DNA from: a virus
Direction: 5' to 3' (one strand)
IMG/VR virus record: IMGVR_UViG_3300036806_000149
Location: 1-64,000 of that record
Length of the DNA: 64,000 nucleotides
Positions 57,449-64,000 of the stretch are shown here, one piece after another (the first letter of the stretch is position 1; every line of letters starts with the position of its first letter). The notes under the pieces were generated by a model that was not told the origin of the DNA, made no database searches, and saw only the letters and a list, made by a program, of their open reading frames with translations. Both the position numbers and the translations under genes were made by a program.

Positions 57449-58536
57449 GGGGCCACCTGCAAGGGACCGAGAGTCTCGTTGCCGTTGTCGTCGATCGTGA
57501 TGTCCATCCCGAACACGCGCACGGCCTGATTCTGGATCGAGACGCGCGGTGGGTAGTACGCGGTCAGGTAGATCTGATCGCCGATCCCATAGTCGAACAG
57601 GGGGTCCGGAGCGCGCCTGGACGACGTCGCCGGAAAGGGCGTGATCGAGTAGATCACCCGAGGGGTTCGGCGCAGCGTGATCTCGGCCGCTCCGAAGGCC
57701 GTCAGCACGTTGACATCGGCGATGTCCGACAGCGCCACCTGCTCCTCGAAGATTCCGTAGGCGGTGATCGAGGCGGAGTCGATCCCCGGCCCGTAGGTGG
57801 CGTTCTTGCCCGACACGAAGATCGTGTTCATGATCTGCGAGGCGTCGATGTTGCGCCCGAATGAGGCGACGTTGTCCGGCCCCCAGCGATAGCCGAAGAC
57901 CACGTCGGTGCGGTCGTGCCATAGCGGCGTGGGGCTGTTCGGGCCACCCAGCGTGGGGCTCGGCCAGAACGACATGACCCGCGTGATCGGATCGATCGTG
58001 AAGTCAAAGCCGTTCTCGATCTCCGTCAGCTCGGTGATCGCTGCGCCCAGGTTCTGCCAGCGCGTGTAGTCGCGCGAGCGCGTCTGGGTGTCGTGAACCT
58101 GGGTGGCGTCGGAGGTGACCCGGGTGGCTCCGATTCCGTTGATGATGTTCAAAAGATTCAGAGCTATCGTTCCACCTACAGTGTTGCTATAGCTGACGGC
58201 GTCGCGGAGGATGCGATTGTTGAGCAGTTCAAACCAGCCCACCGCGTTGACGCTCATCGACCCTTCCGGGAGCTTCTCGTCGATCGTCCACACCGGCCCC
58301 GACCACACCGGCTGGGCGTGCTTGTAGGCGATGATGCACGTGGTGATCGGCGCGATCACCGCCGCCATCCGCCGGCGCATCGACATATCGAAGGAGAAGC
58401 TCCCGGATTTGTTGAGCGCCAGCGTCAGATGCTTGTTATGCGCCCCGAACAGCTCGCCGAGCAGCGTCGGCGGCGAGGTGGTGGCGTCGGCCAGGATGAA
58501 CTTCCAGGGCGGGATGCGCGGTTGAACGAACGACAC
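57445..58536 (-). CDS. Tail tip/hub protein (ReqiPepy6 Gp37-like)
   Basis: WSGPVW, ENGFDF, DYGIGD; downstream of Dit. Confidence 0.8.
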   Translation of the reverse strand: MSFVQPRIPPWKFILADATTSPPTLLGELFGAHNKHLTLALNKSGSFSFDMSMRRRMAAVIAPITTCIIAYKHAQPVWSGPVWTIDEKLPEGSMSVNAVGWFELLNNRILRDAVSYSNTVGGTIALNLLNIINGIGATRVTSDATQVHDTQTRSRDYTRWQNLGAAITELTEIENGFDFTIDPITRVMSFWPSPTLGGPNSPTPLWHDRTDVVFGYRWGPDNVASFGRNIDASQIMNTIFVSGKNATYGPGIDSASITAYGIFEEQVALSDIADVNVLTAFGAAEITLRRTPRVIYSITPFPATSSRRAPDPLFDYGIGDQIYLTAYYPPRVSIQNQAVRVFGMDITIDDNGNETLGPLQVAP

Positions 58537-59469
58537 TCAAATCCACGTATCGCTGTAGGTGAAGATCACCTGAGAGGTGCCCGACGTCATTCCGGTGGCC
58601 GTCAGATGGATGTCGTTCTGCCCCGGATAGATCTGGAACAGACTGGAGTCCACCGAGAGCATGCTGAATCGATTCGTGCCACTTTGGTCGAGAAATGTTT
58701 TCGCGGCGGTATCCATGATGTATGTACTTCCACCGGGGATAGTCCCCACCAGCTTGATGAACTCTCCAGAGCGCGTGTTAGTGAGAGTTGGATTGGTTAT
58801 TGGCCCGATGAACTTCATCTGCGGCTGGGCTCCGTAATTGCCGGCATTGGGGGACGAGAAGACCGAAACATCAGTGATTGATGCCCCCGTAGCTGTGAAC
58901 TGCGTGATGTGTGGCAAGTACGCGAGGAAGCGCGGATTCGATGCCCGCAGCGTGATCAGGAAATCGCGGAAGAAGCGGAAATCATTCTGCTCCTCGGTCA
59001 TCGTGATCGGTTGGTTCTTGCGGCAGTTGATCAGCGACGTGCGCGCCAAGCTCGGAGCCTTGATTCCCGATACGGGGTCATACCCGGCCCCGTGGAAGAT
59101 CAGCGGGTACTCCGTCTGCACGGTGGCGAACGCCTGGCGGAGCTGCTGCTGCATGTCTCTGAGCTTCTCCAGCCCGTACGCCTCGATCCGGCCGGTGATG
59201 GCGATGGTGCGCCCGCCGTAGTAGGCGTCGAGCGGCGTCTCGCCGTCGGAGGAGGGATTTTCCTCCCGAACATCGCGGATGTCGGCGTCGCCGAGCCCGT
59301 CGAGCTTGGTCACCCGGATCTTGTCGATCAGATGGCGCAGATTGAAGACGAAGCCGTTGTATTCCATGGGAGCTTCGATCCCGATCGGAACGGCCGTCCC
59401 CGAACCGGGCAGCGCCTCGGTCGAGCTGCCGTACTGCGCTATCGAGGGAAGTTCGAGGATCGGCGACAT
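58537..59469 (-). CDS. Distal tail protein (Dit-like)
   Basis: GGRTIAITG, LRASNPR, GPITNPTLTN, PGQNDI. Confidence 0.8.
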   Translation of the reverse strand: MSPILELPSIAQYGSSTEALPGSGTAVPIGIEAPMEYNGFVFNLRHLIDKIRVTKLDGLGDADIRDVREENPSSDGETPLDAYYGGRTIAITGRIEAYGLEKLRDMQQQLRQAFATVQTEYPLIFHGAGYDPVSGIKAPSLARTSLINCRKNQPITMTEEQNDFRFFRDFLITLRASNPRFLAYLPHITQFTATGASITDVSVFSSPNAGNYGAQPQMKFIGPITNPTLTNTRSGEFIKLVGTIPGGSTYIMDTAAKTFLDQSGTNRFSMLSVDSSLFQIYPGQNDIHLTATGMTSGTSQVIFTYSDTWI

Positions 59470-59472
59470 CGG

Positions 59473-60411
59473 CTAGGTCCCGTCGCGGATGATGTAGTTG
59501 AGCGTCAGGTAGGGCTGCATGTTGTTGTGCCCACCGCTTCCGCCCTGCGCGCCGATGCCGAGCGCGGGAACCGCGTGCGCGTGACGAGCGGTGGCCCCGC
59601 CGGTCGCACCGAAGTTCTTCAAGGTTCCGCCTGTCACGCTTGGAACGCTCACGTTCGTGACTCCGCCGCCCGCAATCAGATAGATTGTGGACCCAGCGGG
59701 TGGTGCGTGCGTGTGGTCGGGAGAGTCAGTGCCGGTAGTGCCGCCCCCGGTAGCGCCGCCGTGATTGTGCGAGGGCATCTCGGCCACGCTGATGCTGTGC
59801 AACTCCTCCCCTCCAGCGGTGGCCATAGCGTGGCCTCCTCCCACGCCGAGCGGAATCTTTCCTCCCAGGTTGGGCAGGCTGAAGTTGGTGGCGTCTTCCC
59901 CGAAGGGATAAGCGCCAGCGCCCTTGAGCCGGTTGTAGAGCGCGGTAAAGCTGGCCTTTACGAGCGACTGGCCATTGGCGAACTTGAAGCCCACCGGCTC
60001 GGTGGGACCGGCGTAGGGGAATACCGAACCCACCGGGATCAGGAAGTTGACGATCGAGGCGTCGAGCTTGGCCAGATTGAGCGTTCCGTCGGCGATGATC
60101 GACGCCGGATTAGCCCCCGGTGAGGCTCCCAGTGCGTTCCAGGAAATCGTCTGATCGGCGATCCGCTTGGGCACCTGAGAGTCGCTGTAGGCCACGTCAT
60201 AGGGGCCGGGATCGACCCAAAAGCGAGCAATCCCGTTGACCGCCTCAAACGGGTTGGCGATTTGGGTGGTGCCGGTGCGTCCGCTGTAAAGCGTCGCCTT
60301 GGTGGTGGTCCCCGCCAGATAGACGGTCACGAGTACACCCGCCATCAGCACCGTGGGTGCGCCACCTGCCGTAGCGGAGATGATCGTTTCGTTGTAGGCA
60401 TCTCTATCCAT
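59473..60411 (-). CDS. Tail collar domain fibre protein
   Basis: PVGSVFPYAG...ANGQ...FSLPNL; HNNMQPYLTLNYII. Confidence 0.85.
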   Translation of the reverse strand: MDRDAYNETIISATAGGAPTVLMAGVLVTVYLAGTTTKATLYSGRTGTTQIANPFEAVNGIARFWVDPGPYDVAYSDSQVPKRIADQTISWNALGASPGANPASIIADGTLNLAKLDASIVNFLIPVGSVFPYAGPTEPVGFKFANGQSLVKASFTALYNRLKGAGAYPFGEDATNFSLPNLGGKIPLGVGGGHAMATAGGEELHSISVAEMPSHNHGGATGGGTTGTDSPDHTHAPPAGSTIYLIAGGGVTNVSVPSVTGGTLKNFGATGGATARHAHAVPALGIGAQGGSGGHNNMQPYLTLNYIIRDGT

Positions 60412-60427
60412 TATCTATACACACCTC

Positions 60428-63400
60428 CTATGTGCTCGGTACTCGCGAAGCAAACGCGATTCGATTGGCTAGATACGTGTAGTCGGTCTCCGGACCAGAC
60501 TCATGCACGGTGATGTGGTTGGTGATTCCGCCGGGGCTCTGACCGCGCGCCGGATTGACCACGAACTCGCCTGCCTCCAGGTTGAAGATCCCGCTCTTGC
60601 GCACGAAGCCGCCGGTCTGCATCGAGGGGATCTGGTACTGGGGCAGCAGTCCGCCGGCACCGGTGAACACGGCCATCCGATACCACTGCCAGGCCGTCGA
60701 GGAGAAGCTCTGGGCCTTGCCCAGGTTGCCGTTTAGCTCGTTGATCTGGCTGGTGTTGGACTCGATCGCGTTCTGAGAATCGATCAGAGCCTGGATGAGC
60801 GACTCAAACTGGCCCTTCTGAGCCTGAGTCATCCCAGCTTCGATCCGGTCGAAGTTCAGCCCGGAGACCGTGCGGGCGAAGCCCAATCCGCTGAGACCCG
60901 TCAGGTTGACGCCGTAGCCTCCGAGGAGCTGCTGAGCGAGCCCGGAAGCCTGCTGCTGGAGCGCAGCGGCGTTCTGAGCCAGGAACTGGAGCTGTTGCTG
61001 GGAGGTATCAGTGGTGAGGTTGGTGGCGATCGTCTGGGCGAGCTGGCCGAGCCCGCCGAAGATGCCCGTCTGGAACTGGGCGCGGCTCTGAATCAGGTCG
61101 ATCGAGGATTGCCGGATGGCCACGATCTGATCGGAGATCGCCGCCGTGTTCTCGGCGATCTGGACCCCGAGATCGGCGATTTGATCGTGGAGGGCTTCCA
61201 TCTGGCCGGTGTTCTTCTGGAGCGTGGCCGTCTGAAGTGCCCGTGCGAGGGCGTCGCGCTGTTGGACGAGACTGGCTCCGGTACCGCGCAGCACCGCCAG
61301 CCGCGTCTGCCCGGCCGCTACCGCGCCGCCCGCTCGCTCCTGAAGGTCAGCGATGCGGTTGAACAGGTCCAGCCCAGTCTGCCGGCGCTGTGCGCGCTGG
61401 TTGATCTGATCGACGGTGTTCTGGAGCTGCTGGGCCTGGGTCTCGACGATCGTGGCGACGGTGTCCTGGAGCTGGGTGTTGAGGTCATCGACGGTCTGCT
61501 GCCAGCGGGGATCGTGCTTGGCCTTGGCCTGGGCCTCCTTGAGCTTTCGCTCGATGACTTTGCGCCGGGCCTTGAGATCTTCGAGCTGCCCGGTGGTGGC
61601 GGCGTTGATCAAATCGGTGCGCCCCAGCGCCTGTCCGATGCGGCTGACCGTGTCAGGCGACAGCGCCTTGCCGATCATGTTCGTCGCCACTTTGCCGAGA
61701 ACCCCAGCGACCTTGCCCCGAATATTGCTGGGGAACCGCACGTTGATGTCGGCTTGGCGAAGCTGGGCGTTCAGTTGATCGGTGAACTTCGTCTGAGTCT
61801 TCTCGAAGCGGTCCTGACGGGCGGCGGCGATCTTTGCGTCGGTGTCATCCATGTCTTGCAACAGCTTGTTGCGCGCGGCCAGCAACCGTTCGTAGATCTT
61901 CTTCTCATCCGAGGTGATCCCGCCCTTGCGTAACCCAGCCAGTTGCCGGTTGGTGGCGATCAAGTCGGTGCGCAGACGGTTTCGCTCTTTACCCAACTCG
62001 TTGATCAGCACGTTGGTGTCTCGGATGTCCTGAGTGATGTCCTGGATCTCGGTGAGCGGCCGGCGTCTCACCAGACGGGTAGCGTCTCTGGCTCCTCGGG
62101 GGCCTCTGCGCTCTCTCAATCCGGTCTGGGCCAACTGCAACCGGGTCTGAAGCTGGGTGGTGCGCTCGTCGATGACCTGAGCTAGCCGCGCGAAGTAGCC
62201 GTCGTCACCGGTCAGCGTCTCGATCCCCTTGGTGAACCGCTCGACCTGAGTGATTGCGTTCTCGGTCTTGGTCGCGTTGCGATCGAAGCCCTGGCCGATG
62301 AATTTGAACGCCGTATTGACGCGACGGATCAGTCTGAGGGTGGCATTGACGCCCCCGGGCACGATCTGACCCACCAGATCAACGTTGACACTGAGCATCG
62401 CGTCGAGCAGATCCTCATGCTGCTTTTGCAGTTCGTCGTAGCGCTTCTTCTCGTCCTTGGTATCGAGACCAGTTCTGGCGAGCGCTCGTAGTTGCCGCTC
62501 AAGCCCTCTCAGTGCAACAGATACGCGATGAGTGCTGGCAATCGAGATGTTGAAATCGACCGACTTGACGAATCTTTCTAGAGCGTCATGTAGCTCTTTC
62601 TCGCCCTCTTTGACCCCGCCCTTTTCGAGCTTCTTGATCTCGTCTTCGAAAGATTTCTGAATGCCAAACAGAGACAGGATCGGAATCCGACCGAGTCCCT
62701 TTATGTCCGCTTCTACCTCGCGCAGCGAGATCTCGCCCCCGCCAGCGAAGCTCGTCGGCCCGCCGGTGAACCCCAGCGCGCCCTTCAAGCGATTGCGAGA
62801 TGTCCCGATCCAGTTGGCAACCTTCTGCTGCTGGGTCTGGTTGAGCACCCACTCACGAGCGTGGGCCAGGATCGGGATGGGCTGGCCCGCGCTCCCAGGG
62901 ATCTCTCCGCCCACGGCGTACTCACCACCGGAAGGTGTCGGAGGCTTATCGCCGACCCAACCGCCCTGAGCGTATCCGGCCCGGAACGCCGTTGCTGCTC
63001 CGCCGCGACGCACGTCCTCGCGCGGGACCCCGGGGCGCTCGAACGTGTTCATGAAGTAGGACGCGGCGTCGCCCGGGTCCTTCATGGCGTTCATCGTGCC
63101 CTTCAGGCTCGGATAGTCCCGAGCCAGAATTGAGACGAGAAATGCGGTCTGTACGCCGGGATCATTCCAAGGTTTTTTCATTCGGGCAGCGAACGCCCGC
63201 ACGTCAGACAGCGCCACCGGGTGCGCGGTGAAGCCCCACAGACCGCCGTTATCGGTGCCGGGCTCCATCGCCGATGGATTCAGCCCCGATTCGGCGTAAG
63301 CGTTGCCGATGATCCCCGCCGCTGCGATCTTGTTGTACCCGGCTCTGGTCAATACCTGGAAGATCTGGTGACCGGTCGGCCCGCTTAGATTCCCGATCCC

Positions 63401-64000
63401 AACCGTTCCATCAGTAGACGTGCCAGCTTTATCCTCACCATATTTGTTGGCAGCTTCGGTGACCTTCTTGATCGCTGCCTCAGCCAGATCCTTGAGTGCG
63501 CCAGTGCCATGGACCACGAGATCCTTGATCTTGTCCCAGGTGGCGACGCTAATGGCACCACCGAATTGTCCTCCACCAGTTAGCTTTCCGTGCGCAAGAC
63601 CGAAGATGAAGTTGGTGAAATCCTTTCCGGCTGCCGTCTGCTCCCCCTCGGTGTATCCAGTCGTTGCCGAGGCGAGTGTCGTACCGCGAGCGTCCGCTGC
63701 CCATCCCATTTCGAGAAATGCGAACTGGTTATGACCTTGAGCAAATACCTCGCCAGCCTTGAGCTTTGCACCAGCGCTCAAACCTGTCTTCGGCGTAACG
63801 TTCTCGGCGAGATAGATATATTTGCCTTTGAACGGTCCGCTTTCTAGCCGATAGACGATCATCGCACCCACTCCGTCACCAGCGGAGTGAAGAGGCCAAC
63901 CAGTATGGCTACCCGGTGGATCGACACGAGTGAAGGTTGCATCGCCGACGACTGCAATCGGACCCTGACCAGTCATGTCGAGACCCATATCCGTACGGCC
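60428..64000 (-). CDS. Tape measure protein, C-terminal part, with M23-like and phage tail lysozyme domains (5' end outside window)
   Basis: Long coiled coil; AAAGIIGNAYAESGLNP (Phage_lysozyme2-like); RTDMGLD...YIYLAE; frame open to the window edge. Confidence 0.85.
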   Translation of the reverse strand, partial: GRTDMGLDMTGQGPIAVVGDATFTRVDPPGSHTGWPLHSAGDGVGAMIVYRLESGPFKGKYIYLAENVTPKTGLSAGAKLKAGEVFAQGHNQFAFLEMGWAADARGTTLASATTGYTEGEQTAAGKDFTNFIFGLAHGKLTGGGQFGGAISVATWDKIKDLVVHGTGALKDLAEAAIKKVTEAANKYGEDKAGTSTDGTVGIGNLSGPTGHQIFQVLTRAGYNKIAAAGIIGNAYAESGLNPSAMEPGTDNGGLWGFTAHPVALSDVRAFAARMKKPWNDPGVQTAFLVSILARDYPSLKGTMNAMKDPGDAASYFMNTFERPGVPREDVRRGGAATAFRAGYAQGGWVGDKPPTPSGGEYAVGGEIPGSAGQPIPILAHAREWVLNQTQQQKVANWIGTSRNRLKGALGFTGGPTSFAGGGEISLREVEADIKGLGRIPILSLFGIQKSFEDEIKKLEKGGVKEGEKELHDALERFVKSVDFNISIASTHRVSVALRGLERQLRALARTGLDTKDEKKRYDELQKQHEDLLDAMLSVNVDLVGQIVPGGVNATLRLIRRVNTAFKFIGQGFDRNATKTENAITQVERFTKGIETLTGDDGYFARLAQVIDERTTQLQTRLQLAQTGLRERRGPRGARDATRLVRRRPLTEIQDITQDIRDTNVLINELGKERNRLRTDLIATNRQLAGLRKGGITSDEKKIYERLLAARNKLLQDMDDTDAKIAAARQDRFEKTQTKFTDQLNAQLRQADINVRFPSNIRGKVAGVLGKVATNMIGKALSPDTVSRIGQALGRTDLINAATTGQLEDLKARRKVIERKLKEAQAKAKHDPRWQQTVDDLNTQLQDTVATIVETQAQQLQNTVDQINQRAQRRQTGLDLFNRIADLQERAGGAVAAGQTRLAVLRGTGASLVQQRDALARALQTATLQKNTGQMEALHDQIADLGVQIAENTAAISDQIVAIRQSSIDLIQSRAQFQTGIFGGLGQLAQTIATNLTTDTSQQQLQFLAQNAAALQQQASGLAQQLLGGYGVNLTGLSGLGFARTVSGLNFDRIEAGMTQAQKGQFESLIQALIDSQNAIESNTSQINELNGNLGKAQSFSSTAWQWYRMAVFTGAGGLLPQYQIPSMQTGGFVRKSGIFNLEAGEFVVNPARGQSPGGITNHITVHESGPETDYTYLANRIAFASRVPST

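Noticed and set aside
1-64000. Alternative genetic code
   Set aside because: Core genes are intact under code 11 and TAG, TGA and TAA all serve as stops

Overview
This 64 kb window is almost entirely one large, GC-rich (roughly 65% by eye) tailed siphovirus-type phage genome or prophage segment. It probably infects an Actinomycetota host, and the glmS C-terminus resembles that of Thermoleophilia/Solirubrobacterales. Order along the window: 3' end of glmS (1-450); small early-type genes (0.5-7.6 kb); a + strand block of tail fibre/receptor-binding proteins (7.7-18 kb); a DUF932 gene and a tRNA-like element (18.5-20 kb). A long minus-strand unit follows, read right to left: replication/recombination genes (DnaB, primase, SSB, DnaE, RecA, Cas4-like exonuclease, RusA), terminase, a portal-MuF fusion, lysis genes, then a dense array of tiny Arg/Lys-rich protamine-like genes, most of them missed by the ORF track. 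The right end holds a structured ~700-nt non-coding region, a lower-GC HNH-SF2 helicase two-gene cassette, RNase H, an SF2 helicase and a tail module (Tal-like, Dit, collar fibre, partial tape measure). No capsid gene, integrase, reverse transcriptase or CRISPR array is visible. Most notable: (1) the translationally coupled protamine-like micro-gene array; (2) a 9-bp near-palindrome GAAAGWTTC present at least 25 times, often inside genes; (3) a canonical tRNA body with a 24-nt extended anticodon region; (4) three genes joined by a ~50-bp repeat; (5) two structured ncRNA candidates; (6) a perfect CRP box at the -41.5 position. All family names come from motif recognition by eye, not database searches.
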